From: a virus
Taxonomy: Duplodnaviria > Caudoviricetes
IMG/VR virus record: IMGVR_UViG_3300028423_000849
Span: 1-62,787 of that record
Reading direction: 5' to 3' (one strand)
DNA length: 62,787 nucleotides
Positions 1 to 8,652 of this stretch are shown here, piece by piece. The position numbers and the translations under genes are program-made. Every line of letters begins with the position of its first letter. The first letter of the stretch is position 1. Below the pieces are notes generated by a model. It was not told where the DNA came from. It did no database searches and saw only the letters and a program-made list of their open reading frames with translations.

Positions 1-47
1 GCCCTTTCACGGCGGCAATCTCGGTTCGAATCCGGGTGGGAGTACCA
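1..47 (+). tRNA. tRNA-Glu(TTC), 5'-truncated by window edge
   Basis: Anticodon arm gcc-CTTTCAC-ggc, T-loop GGTTCGAATCC, encoded CCA at 45-47. Confidence 0.9.
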
Positions 48-53
48 GTTTGC

Positions 54-128
54 GGGTTCGTGGTGAAATGGTATCACAACAGACTTTTAATCTGTACGTT
101 CCGAGTTCGAGTCTCGGCGAACCCACCA
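54..128 (+). tRNA. tRNA-Lys(TTT)
   Basis: Acceptor GGGTTCG/CGAACCC, anticodon arm ACAGA-CTTTTAA-TCTGT, T-arm CCGAG-TTCGAGT-CTCGG, CCA end. Confidence 0.95.
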
Positions 129-142
129 ATAAATAGAAGCAG

Positions 143-217
143 AGACGAGTAGCTCAGTGGTAGAGCAACTGATTTGTAATCAGTGGGTCGGGAGTTCGAA
201 TCTCTCAGCCGGCACCA
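143..217 (+). tRNA. tRNA-Thr(TGT) with unpaired acceptor stem (possible pseudo-tRNA)
   Basis: Canonical D arm TAGCTCAGTGGTAGAGC, anticodon arm ACTGA-TTTGTAA-TCAGT, T-arm and ACCA end; the 5' strand AGACGAG does not pair with AGCCGGC. Confidence 0.75.
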
Positions 218-226
218 TTTTTATAT

Positions 227-303
227 CTGCCCGTAGCTCAGCTGGATAGAGCAAGAGCCTTCTAAGCTCTGGGTCGGGGGTTCGAATCCCTCCGGGCAGG
301 CCA
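227..303 (+). tRNA. tRNA-Arg(TCT)
   Basis: Acceptor CTGCCCG/CGGGCAG, anticodon arm AGAGC-CTTCTAA-GCTCT, T-loop TTCGAAT, CCA end. Confidence 0.95.
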
Positions 304-332
304 ACTGATAAATATCTGCACAGGTAAAACAC

Positions 333-821
333 ATGCAATATTTCAAAAACCTCTTGTCCCCAGATACTGTTGATCAAGCATTTGATGTCTATCGAACATT
401 GCCAAATTTTGTTGAGCTTGATGGCAGTGAGCGCGATCGCCACAGCATAGCAAGCATCGGTTCGTTTATGCTGTCATCGTTTACCAGTGACGAACTGGGC
501 TTTGTGTGGGAGGAAATTTCAAATAAATTAGATCATCTGTATGTGCCAAAGTATTTTCGCATACTCAAATACACCAAGGGCTGTTATATTTCTGAACACA
601 TTGACACGTATGCACAAGGTCAAAAAACCAGCGATCACAGCCTGATCATACAGATGAACGATCCCAACAGTTTTGCAGGAGGTATTCCATCAGTGAACGG
701 CAAGATGCTGTATCTTGGCGTTGGCGATGCTGTGATGTATGAGTACGGAGAACCCCATGCAGTGTCCACTGTGCGCAAAGGTGTTCGCTATGTGATCAAT
801 CTGCGGCTCGAGTCACAGTAA
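333..821 (+). CDS. 2OG-Fe(II) oxygenase superfamily protein
   Basis: HxD (HID), distal H (PHAV) and R (VRY) of the double-stranded beta-helix fold; ATAAATA upstream at 308-314. Confidence 0.8.
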   Translation: MQYFKNLLSPDTVDQAFDVYRTLPNFVELDGSERDRHSIASIGSFMLSSFTSDELGFVWEEISNKLDHLYVPKYFRILKYTKGCYISEHIDTYAQGQKTSDHSLIIQMNDPNSFAGGIPSVNGKMLYLGVGDAVMYEYGEPHAVSTVRKGVRYVINLRLESQ

Positions 822-868
822 CATTTGTTGCTGATTGTGATAAATAGCTGTAAACCAGAGAACAGTTT

Positions 869-1195
869 ATGGCCAAATCCACAGGCAAAAAAAATTCACA
901 AGACCTCATTGAACAGTATAGCCACACAGACGCCTCTGAGGTCACGGATGCTGAGCTCACTCGTGCACAGGAACTGCTTGAAATTGAGCTCAGAGAAGAG
1001 AAAGCAGAAGCTCAGAAAAAAATGGCATGGGTCGCTATCTTCAGCATGATTGCATTTAGTGTTTTGCTGTTTTCGCCTGTTATACCCGAAAGCAGAGTAA
1101 CTGCCCTCAGTGATCTGCTGGGATTGTTCTATCTGGCACAGGCTGGTGTGGTGGGCGCCTATATGGGTTTCACCACATGGATGACGAGGTCTTAG
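869..1195 (+). CDS. small membrane protein with two C-terminal TM helices (holin-like)
   Basis: Acidic N-terminus followed by two hydrophobic segments; ATAAATA at 840-846. Confidence 0.55.
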   Translation: MAKSTGKKNSQDLIEQYSHTDASEVTDAELTRAQELLEIELREEKAEAQKKMAWVAIFSMIAFSVLLFSPVIPESRVTALSDLLGLFYLAQAGVVGAYMGFTTWMTRS

Positions 1196-1196
1196 T

Positions 1197-1520
1197 ATGA
1201 ATCTCAGAGAAGATGATGATCAGTTGGTCAAAGATTTCTGCCGACTAGTGGTAGACACAGAGCTGTCTGATGACACAGTGATTGAATTCTTTGACATTGT
1301 GCAGAGCGTGACTCCTGCAAAAATAGTGCAAGGCATCAGCAACGACGGTGACAAAGTTAATGTAGATGTCCTGGTCTATGAAATTGATCAGCATCATGTG
1401 TACGAAATTATACTGGAAGATCAGCTCAGCATGGATGAAAGCGAAGACATTGCCTATTATCTGGAAGAAGAATTTGATTTTGACTTTGAATTTGAAACCA
1501 GCCTAGAGATCTCACAGTAA
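1197..1520 (+). CDS. acidic hypothetical protein
   Basis: 107-aa ORF starting 1 nt after the previous stop. Confidence 0.6.
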   Translation: MNLREDDDQLVKDFCRLVVDTELSDDTVIEFFDIVQSVTPAKIVQGISNDGDKVNVDVLVYEIDQHHVYEIILEDQLSMDESEDIAYYLEEEFDFDFEFETSLEISQ

Positions 1521-1610
1521 ACTCCTGCCACAACAAACACAAGCAGTTGATCCTCACACATAAATATCTGCACGTCAAAGCAAGTTTTCAACACACAAGG
1601 AGATTCACAG

Positions 1611-1874
1611 ATGGCGTTTAACCGCACATTCAACGAAGAAGAAAAAGCTCGTCTCAAAAAACTCATTGACGAGGGCTGTCAGGTCAAGTATGAGATGGAA
1701 GTACTCAACGAGGGACTTCGTGACACTGTAAAAGCCGTAGCCGAAGAAATGGATCTCAAACCCAGCACACTCAACAAAGCAATTCGCATTGCACACAAAG
1801 CCAGCTTCACTGATGAGCGTGACAACTTTGATGAACTAGAAACCATCTTGGAAACTGTGGGTCGCACCCTCTAA
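1611..1874 (+). CDS. dsDNA-binding protein, T4 DsbA / GapR-like
   Basis: 87-aa helical protein (LKKLIDEG...LRDTVKAVAEEMDLKPSTLNKAIRIAHK); RBS AAGGAG; ATAAATA at 1560-1566. Confidence 0.65.
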   Translation: MAFNRTFNEEEKARLKKLIDEGCQVKYEMEVLNEGLRDTVKAVAEEMDLKPSTLNKAIRIAHKASFTDERDNFDELETILETVGRTL

Positions 1875-1894
1875 GTAAATTTGGTGTCAATCAG

Positions 1895-1931
1895 GCATGC
1901 CACATATTTTTGTAGTGTGGCATGCTGTTTT
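1895..1931 (+). terminator. probable intrinsic terminator
   Basis: 10-bp stem GCATGCCACA/TGTGGCATGC followed by TGTTTT. Confidence 0.6.
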
Positions 1932-1991
1932 ATATATACAACTGTTAGGCGTTTTGTCTGCCGAAAGATGACAAATTAAAAGGAGTACACA

Positions 1992-4718
1992 ATGAGCTAT
2001 GTAGATGCATTCTACGACAAGAACAAAGACTTGGTCCGTGTGGCTGAGCGAACCTCTCAGGGCCGTATACTGGTCGATCACAAACCCGAATACTTGTTTT
2101 ATGTGGCTGATCCCAAGGGCAGCCATCGCAGCGTGCACGGCGATCCTGTGTCAGAAATACGCTGTAAGAACCTCAAGGATTTTCGCAAAAATGTAGGCAT
2201 GAATCGTCACAACAAACTTTTTGAAAGTGACGTTAAGCCCTTGAACAAAACCATTGCTAGACACTATTCTAATGCAGAGCCTCCTCAGTTGCAGACTGCA
2301 TTTTTCGATATTGAGGTGGATTTTGATCCACAGCGTGGCTATGCCAGTCCCGAAGAAGCCTTCATGCCCATCACCAGCATTGGCGTGTATCTGCAGTGGA
2401 TGGAAGCCATGGTGTGTTTGGCTGTGCCTCCCAAGACCCTCACCAAACAACAGGCACAAAACATTGCAGACAGTGTGCCAGGTGTAATACTGTTTGACAC
2501 AGAAAAAGACATGCTGGATGCTTTCTTGAATCTCATTGAAGATGCTGATGTGCTCAGTGGCTGGAACTCAGAAGGCTATGATATTCCTTACACAGTGAAC
2601 AGAATCATCAAAACCCTAGGCAAATCCGAAACGCGCAAACTGTGTCTGTGGGATCAACTGCCCAAGGAGCGCAACTATGAGGCCTTTGGTCGTGAAAATC
2701 AAACCTATGATCTCATTGGCAGAGTGCATCTAGACTACATGCAACTGTATCGCAAATACAACTATGAAGAGCGACACAGCTATCGCCTGGACTACATCGG
2801 CGAGATGGAAGTAGGAGAGAAGAAAGTTGCCTATGAAGGCAGTCTAGACAGACTCTACAATCACGACTTCCAGCGTTTTCTAGAGTACAACATTCAAGAT
2901 ACACTGTTGCTGGACAAACTGGATCGCAAACTGCAGTTCATTGATCTGGCAAACACCATTGCACATGACAACACTGTGCTGATCCCCACAACCATGGGAG
3001 CAGTGGCAACCACAGAGCAGGCCATCATCAATGAAGCACATCGCAGAGGCTTTGTGGTGCCTGATCGTGTCAGAGAGGACAAAGAGAACACACAGGCTGC
3101 GGGTGCTTATGTGGCATTTCCCAAAAAAGGCTATCACGGCTGGGTAGGCAGCATGGACATCAACAGTCTATATCCCAGTGTGTTTCGTGCACTCAATATG
3201 GCACCTGAGACCATTGTGGGTCAAGTGAGAACCAACCACACAGAGTCAGAGATATCTGCCAAGATGGCCGGAGAATGGTGTGATCCCAACACAGGCAAAA
3301 CAGCAAAAAAATCCAGCTTTGCAGATGCATGGTTGGGCAAGTTTGGCACCAATGAGTTTGAGATGGTGCGCAACAGAGACAGCAATATCACCCTGCACCT
3401 AGACATGGAAGATGGCACACAACTAGAGCTCACAGGTTCAGACATATACAACTTGGTGTTCAACAGTGACCAGCCATGGAACATCTCAGCCAATGGCACC
3501 ATATTCCGCACAGATTTTCAGGGCATTGTGCCTGGGTTGCTGGAACGCTGGTATGCAGAACGACAAGAGTTGCAGAAGAAGAAAAAGTCTGCAGACACAG
3601 ACGAACAAGGAGCATTCTGGGACAAACGGCAGTTGGTGAAGAAGATTAACCTAAACAGTTTGTATGGTGCAATCTTGAATCCAGGTTGTAGGTTCTTTGA
3701 CAAACGCATCGGACAATCAACCACACTCACTGGCAGGCGCATTACCCGACACATGGGTGCAAAGACCAATGAACTGCTTGCAGGTGAATATGATCACACT
3801 GGCAAAACCATCATATATGGAGATACAGATAGTGTGTACTTCAGTGCAGTGCCAGTGCTACCCGATGACACTGAGCTGGATCTAGAAAGTGCACTCAAAC
3901 TCTATGATCATGTGTCAGACACAGTGAGTGAGAGTTTTCCTACGTTCCTCAAAGAAGAGTTCAATGTGCCACTGAGTGCTGGTGCTGTGATGCAAGCAGG
4001 ACGTGAAGTGGTTGGCCAAGCTGGCCTGTTTATAACCAAGAAACGCTATGCCATCAAGTGTTTGGACATAGAAGGATATCAGCCCGAAGGAGGCAAGTTA
4101 AAAATCATGGGCATGGATATCAAGCGATCTGACACGCCTGAGTTTATTCAAGAGTTTCTTGAGGAAGTCCTTGACGATGCACTCAGCGGTCTCACAGAGA
4201 AACAGGTGCTTGACAAGATCAGAGACTTCAAGTTACAATTTAAGGAAATGGATCCTTGGCTCAAAGGCATGCCCAAGCGTGTGAATAATCTCACACACTA
4301 TACCAAGAAGTATCAAAAGCTCAAAGGCACTGACAAAAGCGATCCTTTTGCTAGAAATAGGCTCAGCAAGCTCAAAGAACTTGAGCCTAAAAACAACATG
4401 ATACCCGGGCATGTCACTGCCAGCATACACTGGAATTATCTGAAAAGCATGCACAACGACAACTACTCAATGAGTATCACAGACGGCATGAAAGTGATTG
4501 TGTGCCGACTCAAAAGCAATCCCATGGGCTATGGATCTGTGGCATATCCTGTGGATGAGCTACACTTGCCAGACTGGTTCAAACAGTTGTCCTTTGACTG
4601 TGAAACTATGGAACAAGCAGTTCTCGACAAAAAGATCACCAATGTGCTAGGTGCAATGAAATGGGATCTCAGTCGCATCAATGACAGTGGCGCTCTCGAC
4701 GAATTTTTTGAATTTTAA
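1992..4718 (+). CDS. family B DNA polymerase (T4 gp43-like) with 3'-5' exonuclease
   Basis: ExoI FDIEV, ExoII GWNSEGYD, ExoIII YNIQD; polymerase motifs DINSLYPS, KINLNSLYG, YGDTDS, KKRY; C-terminal LDEFFEF. Confidence 0.97.
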   Translation: MSYVDAFYDKNKDLVRVAERTSQGRILVDHKPEYLFYVADPKGSHRSVHGDPVSEIRCKNLKDFRKNVGMNRHNKLFESDVKPLNKTIARHYSNAEPPQLQTAFFDIEVDFDPQRGYASPEEAFMPITSIGVYLQWMEAMVCLAVPPKTLTKQQAQNIADSVPGVILFDTEKDMLDAFLNLIEDADVLSGWNSEGYDIPYTVNRIIKTLGKSETRKLCLWDQLPKERNYEAFGRENQTYDLIGRVHLDYMQLYRKYNYEERHSYRLDYIGEMEVGEKKVAYEGSLDRLYNHDFQRFLEYNIQDTLLLDKLDRKLQFIDLANTIAHDNTVLIPTTMGAVATTEQAIINEAHRRGFVVPDRVREDKENTQAAGAYVAFPKKGYHGWVGSMDINSLYPSVFRALNMAPETIVGQVRTNHTESEISAKMAGEWCDPNTGKTAKKSSFADAWLGKFGTNEFEMVRNRDSNITLHLDMEDGTQLELTGSDIYNLVFNSDQPWNISANGTIFRTDFQGIVPGLLERWYAERQELQKKKKSADTDEQGAFWDKRQLVKKINLNSLYGAILNPGCRFFDKRIGQSTTLTGRRITRHMGAKTNELLAGEYDHTGKTIIYGDTDSVYFSAVPVLPDDTELDLESALKLYDHVSDTVSESFPTFLKEEFNVPLSAGAVMQAGREVVGQAGLFITKKRYAIKCLDIEGYQPEGGKLKIMGMDIKRSDTPEFIQEFLEEVLDDALSGLTEKQVLDKIRDFKLQFKEMDPWLKGMPKRVNNLTHYTKKYQKLKGTDKSDPFARNRLSKLKELEPKNNMIPGHVTASIHWNYLKSMHNDNYSMSITDGMKVIVCRLKSNPMGYGSVAYPVDELHLPDWFKQLSFDCETMEQAVLDKKITNVLGAMKWDLSRINDSGALDEFFEF

Positions 4719-4993
4719 TGAAAAAGACTCTATCAACCACAGAACGCATGGCTCGCTATAGAGCATTTCGTGAAGCTGTTGCAGACACAGCAGTGGCATT
4801 TTCCATCAATGTGCCGCTGAACTTTGTGATGGTGTGGGTAGCATTTCAGCTGAAATTTTCAGCGTGGCAAACCAGTATAATGCTAACCACAGTGTTCACT
4901 GTTTTTGCAATAGTGAGAAAAACCTACATAAGATTGCATTTTCAAAAAAAATACCAGAAAACCGGCTCGTATGAGTCAAACGAACCTAAATAG
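4718..4993 (+). CDS. small two-TM membrane protein
   Basis: TAATG overlap with the polymerase stop; two hydrophobic segments. Confidence 0.6.
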   Translation: MKKTLSTTERMARYRAFREAVADTAVAFSINVPLNFVMVWVAFQLKFSAWQTSIMLTTVFTVFAIVRKTYIRLHFQKKYQKTGSYESNEPK

Positions 4994-5016
4994 AACACAC
5001 ACAGGAGAAAACACAC

Positions 5017-5772
5017 ATGGCAGACAACTATATCAAAGACACACTCAAGGATGTGCTCAAGCACACTCATAGCCTGGGCATTTTTGAGATGGTAAAAATC
5101 TCAGGCACCATGGACGAAACTGTGGTTGAAACAGTGGATGCTGAAAAAACAGTGATCTTCAAAGGCAAGATGACAAAACCAGTTCCGGACTTTGCTGACA
5201 ACACAGTGGGTCTAAGTCGCATGAGTGTGCTTGACGGTTACTTGAAATTTCCAGGATTTGATGATGATGCTGCCACTGTGCGTGTGACCACACAGGAGCG
5301 CAACGGTCAAACTGTGCCCACAGAAGTTGAATTTGTCGCAGAGGACGGCACCAATGCCAACTATAGGTTTATGCTGGCAGAAGTGATCAATCAACAGCTC
5401 AAGGAGATCAAATACAAAGGCGCAGACTTTGATGTGAACATTGTGCCCACGCAGAAAAATCTCAAGGACCTAGCATACTTCAACAGCGTGCTCGGACAGT
5501 TTGAGAGCACATTTTCACCCCGCACTGAGGATGGCAAATTGTATTTCTACATCGGCGACGGCGGCGGAGACAGAACAAAGATTCTTGTCAATGATTCTTC
5601 CGAAGGAGATATCACACATGAATTTCATTGGCCGTTGGACATTGTGCTGAAAATTCTACGTCTCAGTGAAAGCAGCAATGTGGTGATGAGTTTTAATGCC
5701 AAGGGATTGATGCAGATTGTGGTGCACAGTGGACTCAGCGAGTACACATATCTACTTCCAGCAAAAGGCTAA
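5017..5772 (+). CDS. DNA sliding clamp (gp45/PCNA-like)
   Basis: 251 aa with a two-domain alpha/beta pattern; PCNA-like C-terminal YTYLLPA; next to the polymerase; RBS AGGAG. Confidence 0.7.
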   Translation: MADNYIKDTLKDVLKHTHSLGIFEMVKISGTMDETVVETVDAEKTVIFKGKMTKPVPDFADNTVGLSRMSVLDGYLKFPGFDDDAATVRVTTQERNGQTVPTEVEFVAEDGTNANYRFMLAEVINQQLKEIKYKGADFDVNIVPTQKNLKDLAYFNSVLGQFESTFSPRTEDGKLYFYIGDGGGDRTKILVNDSSEGDITHEFHWPLDIVLKILRLSESSNVVMSFNAKGLMQIVVHSGLSEYTYLLPAKG

Positions 5773-5775
5773 AAC

Positions 5776-7335
5776 ATGGACCTAGCAAGACGCCAAAGAG
5801 ACTATGCAGTGTATCTGCCTGCTATTAGCAGTTTCTATGCCAAGCAGCTGGAAAAAATCACTGTGCGCAACCGTGAAAACAGCAGAGTGCCGGAAGGGTT
5901 TGAGCATGGCAACGAAGGACTTGATTTTCTCAAACCCAAAGACACTTACTTTCACTATCCCTATGGACTTTACAGTGCAGGGCATGCTCATCTAGACATT
6001 GACAAAAGCAACACCGATGAACCCATGATTCAAGATCGAGATAGATCAAACACAGTGATCTTGGGCGACTCGGGCGGTTTTCAGATTGCCACAGGTGTGC
6101 TCAAAATGGACTGGAGCAATGCCAAGGATCCAGAAGATCCTGCACGCATAAAAATCTGCCATGATATTCTACACTGGCTGGAACACACAGCAGACTGGAG
6201 CATGACCTTGGATATTCCTGCGTTTGCTGCAGTTGAACCCTTGAGCACAAAGACAGGCCTCACAGAGTTTGATGACACACTGGATATCAGCCTGTTGAAT
6301 TTGGATTACTTTGTAAAAAATCGCACACCAGGCAAAACCAAGTTTCTCAATGTGCTCAGTGGCACAGACGAGAGCACCAGCAAGCGTTGGTACGACAGTG
6401 TTAAGCATTTCAGCGATCCTGGCTTTGTGGAATCCAACTATGGCGACAAGGAGCGTGTGCTAGAAGGTTATGCGTTTGCTGGCATCAACATGAAGGATAT
6501 GAGCTGTGTGCTAAATCGCATACTTGACCTCAGAGCAGATGGATTGCTGGCAGGCAAGGACTGGATTCATTTCCTGGGCACAGGCAAACTGCAGTGGGCA
6601 TGCTATTTGACAGCAATTCAGAGACAGTTGCGCAAGCACGACAACCCCAATATCACACTGAGCTTTGATGCTGCATCACCGTTTGTGAACACTGCATATG
6701 GCCAAACCTATGCGCACAACTTTTTTGAGCCAGGCAAGTTTGGTTACTTCATGGACAGAGCTTTTGATTCACAGGAACTGAAGAACAGTGATTTACCTGT
6801 GCCATTTGCTCACTCGCCAATCATGAGTCGACTCACCATGGGCGATATCTGTGCTATGGCTGAAGGTGACAAGGACAAGAATGGCAAAATCAAGCGCACA
6901 CAAGGCCAGGTGCTCCTTGACAAAGAAGGCAAGCCCAAGTTGGATGCTGACGGCAATGAAACGTATGCAGAAAAAGACTGCACCAGCTGGGATACACAGA
7001 GCTATCTCTACTATATGGCACACAGCGTGTTCAATCACATCGATGCTGTGCAAGAAGCAAATCGTCTTGCAGATGTGGAATCATACAGAGAACATGTGGA
7101 CTACAGATACTGGAAAAAACCACAGAAAAGAAACAGCAAAGCAGGCGAAGTGTCTCCATATGTGCCTGTGAATATACTGCTGTTTAAGAACTTTGTAGAG
7201 GACCTGCTTGATCCACAGTGCAAAGACCCCAAAGGCATGGTGCAGGCATATTCTGAATTTCTGCAATACATTAGTTTTGGCAGTGACGACAACGACCGCA
7301 AAGAGGAAGTGTTAGATGAATTTTTTGAGTTTTGA
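5776..7335 (+). CDS. dpdA: DNA 7-deazaguanine transglycosylase (TGT superfamily, DpdA-like)
   Basis: TGT motifs GDSGGFQ, MTLD, HFLG and SFDAAS; clustered with folE, queE and a queD-like gene; C-terminal LDEFFEF. Confidence 0.85.
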   Translation: MDLARRQRDYAVYLPAISSFYAKQLEKITVRNRENSRVPEGFEHGNEGLDFLKPKDTYFHYPYGLYSAGHAHLDIDKSNTDEPMIQDRDRSNTVILGDSGGFQIATGVLKMDWSNAKDPEDPARIKICHDILHWLEHTADWSMTLDIPAFAAVEPLSTKTGLTEFDDTLDISLLNLDYFVKNRTPGKTKFLNVLSGTDESTSKRWYDSVKHFSDPGFVESNYGDKERVLEGYAFAGINMKDMSCVLNRILDLRADGLLAGKDWIHFLGTGKLQWACYLTAIQRQLRKHDNPNITLSFDAASPFVNTAYGQTYAHNFFEPGKFGYFMDRAFDSQELKNSDLPVPFAHSPIMSRLTMGDICAMAEGDKDKNGKIKRTQGQVLLDKEGKPKLDADGNETYAEKDCTSWDTQSYLYYMAHSVFNHIDAVQEANRLADVESYREHVDYRYWKKPQKRNSKAGEVSPYVPVNILLFKNFVEDLLDPQCKDPKGMVQAYSEFLQYISFGSDDNDRKEEVLDEFFEF

Positions 7336-7853
7336 TCATGGATAGACCAGAACACAACAATGCAGATTTTTTTGTTGGCGTGGAAGTTGAGCGTACTCCT
7401 GCATATGGTCAGCGCACACTGTTTGTGGTTGGCCCTCAGGATCAACAGGAAATTCTATCACAGGCATTGAACAACGGTTGTGCACACATCTATCTAGGTG
7501 CCAACCACAGTTTTGCACCCAAAGATGAGCAACAGTGGCAACAGTGGCATAAGCTGATCAACGGTTTGCTGACGGATGGTATTTGGGTCACTCTAGACTA
7601 TGATGTATCTCTGAACAGTCGTGTCCTGGAGCGTGGATATCAACATTTTGATAATTTTATTGCCATGATCTCTGTGAAGCTGGCTCATATACGCGAGCAC
7701 AACTACAACGCCTCTGTGAAATTGGATGACAGTGATTTCAAACATTCAAACCCAGGTGTGTGGGTCCATTCACTGCACGAACTGCAAACTCGGAACACAT
7801 TCACAGACTGGAGTCGCTACGACAGTGACACAGTGATTGACAAAATCACATAA
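7332..7853 (+). CDS. hypothetical protein coupled to dpdA
   Basis: Overlaps the dpdA stop (TTG at 7332, or ATG at 7338); globular composition. Confidence 0.7.
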   Translation: MIMDRPEHNNADFFVGVEVERTPAYGQRTLFVVGPQDQQEILSQALNNGCAHIYLGANHSFAPKDEQQWQQWHKLINGLLTDGIWVTLDYDVSLNSRVLERGYQHFDNFIAMISVKLAHIREHNYNASVKLDDSDFKHSNPGVWVHSLHELQTRNTFTDWSRYDSDTVIDKIT

Positions 7854-7865
7854 GGGTTTTATACT
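7837..7865 (+). promoter_or_regulatory. sigma70-type promoter
   Basis: TTGACA-17nt-TATACT. Confidence 0.7.
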
Positions 7866-7874
7866 GGTAACACT

Positions 7875-7997
7875 ATGAAAATGAATCTCAACATAGAAAT
7901 AGACACCGACAACATCAGTGACCGAGAACTCATTGAAGAGCTTGTTGATTCTCTAAAACAACTTGGTATCAAACACTCAGAAGAGGACACTGAATGA
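7875..7997 (+). CDS. 40-aa acidic peptide (not in ORF track)
   Basis: MKMNLNIEIDTD...EEDTE, just downstream of a promoter; ATGA overlap with the next gene. Confidence 0.55.
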   Translation: MKMNLNIEIDTDNISDRELIEELVDSLKQLGIKHSEEDTE

Positions 7998-8377
7998 GAA
8001 CCATATGGATCACATTTCAACAGGAAGGTGTTCACAAGTACCCAGCTGCACTTGACGATGAGCGTCTAGCAACAGGCAACTGGGATGATGTCAGCTTCTT
8101 GGGCTATCCCCACAGGCACATGTTTCACTTTAAAGTATGGATTGAGGTGTTCCATGATGACCGAGACATTGAATTCATACAGTTCAAACGCTGGTTACAG
8201 AGATTGTACACTGTGGACGGTGTGCTAGATTTAGACTACAAGAGCTGTGAAATGATCGCTGACGACCTTGCAGAAAAGATTCAAGAAAAATATCCAGGTC
8301 GGTGGCTGAAGATTTCAGTTGCTGAGGATGATGAAAATGGGTGCGAGATTGACTATCCTGCACACGGCAAACTCTAG
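7994..8377 (+). CDS. QueD-like T-fold protein (6-pyruvoyl-tetrahydropterin synthase family; possibly DpdL-type)
   Basis: N-terminal EGVH, LGYPHRHMF metal motif, SCEMIA and C-terminal EDDENG; lies in the deazaguanine cluster. Confidence 0.75.
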   Translation: MRTIWITFQQEGVHKYPAALDDERLATGNWDDVSFLGYPHRHMFHFKVWIEVFHDDRDIEFIQFKRWLQRLYTVDGVLDLDYKSCEMIADDLAEKIQEKYPGRWLKISVAEDDENGCEIDYPAHGKL

Positions 8378-8463
8378 CAACGCAAAAACTCAGAGAGGCG
8401 GCTGTGACCTCACTGTTTGCACTACAACAATCACAGATAAAAACACAAAAACGGAGAAACACA

Positions 8464-8643
8464 ATGACAGAAACACATCTAAAAATCAAAGCATTGTTTG
8501 AAGAATACGCGGAAGAAAACGAGAAGTTCGAAGAGAAAGGCGTAAAAGCTGCAAGCTCTCGTGCACGCAAAGCACTCAGTGAGATCACCAAGTTGGCAAA
8601 AACTCGCCGTGCTGAAATCCAAGACAAAAAGAACAGCATGTAA
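8464..8643 (+). CDS. histone H1-like (Hc1-family) DNA-binding protein
   Basis: KGVKAASSRARKALSEITKLAKTRRAEI motif; RBS GGAG before ATG 8464. Confidence 0.7.
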   Translation: MTETHLKIKALFEEYAEENEKFEEKGVKAASSRARKALSEITKLAKTRRAEIQDKKNSM

Positions 8644-8652
8644 GGAATCGAT

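Noticed and set aside
180-443. 87-aa minus-strand ORF
   Set aside because: Antisense to tRNA-Thr, tRNA-Arg and the oxygenase gene; a typical tRNA shadow ORF
1992-4718. Intein or intron in the DNA polymerase
   Set aside because: Continuous ORF of ordinary length with all motifs in order and no splicing signatures
5776-7335. tRNA-guanine transglycosylase (Tgt) for queuosine
   Set aside because: Lacks the CxCxxC zinc motif of bacterial Tgt, sits among replication genes, and none of the visible tRNAs has a GUN anticodon; DpdA is preferred but not proven
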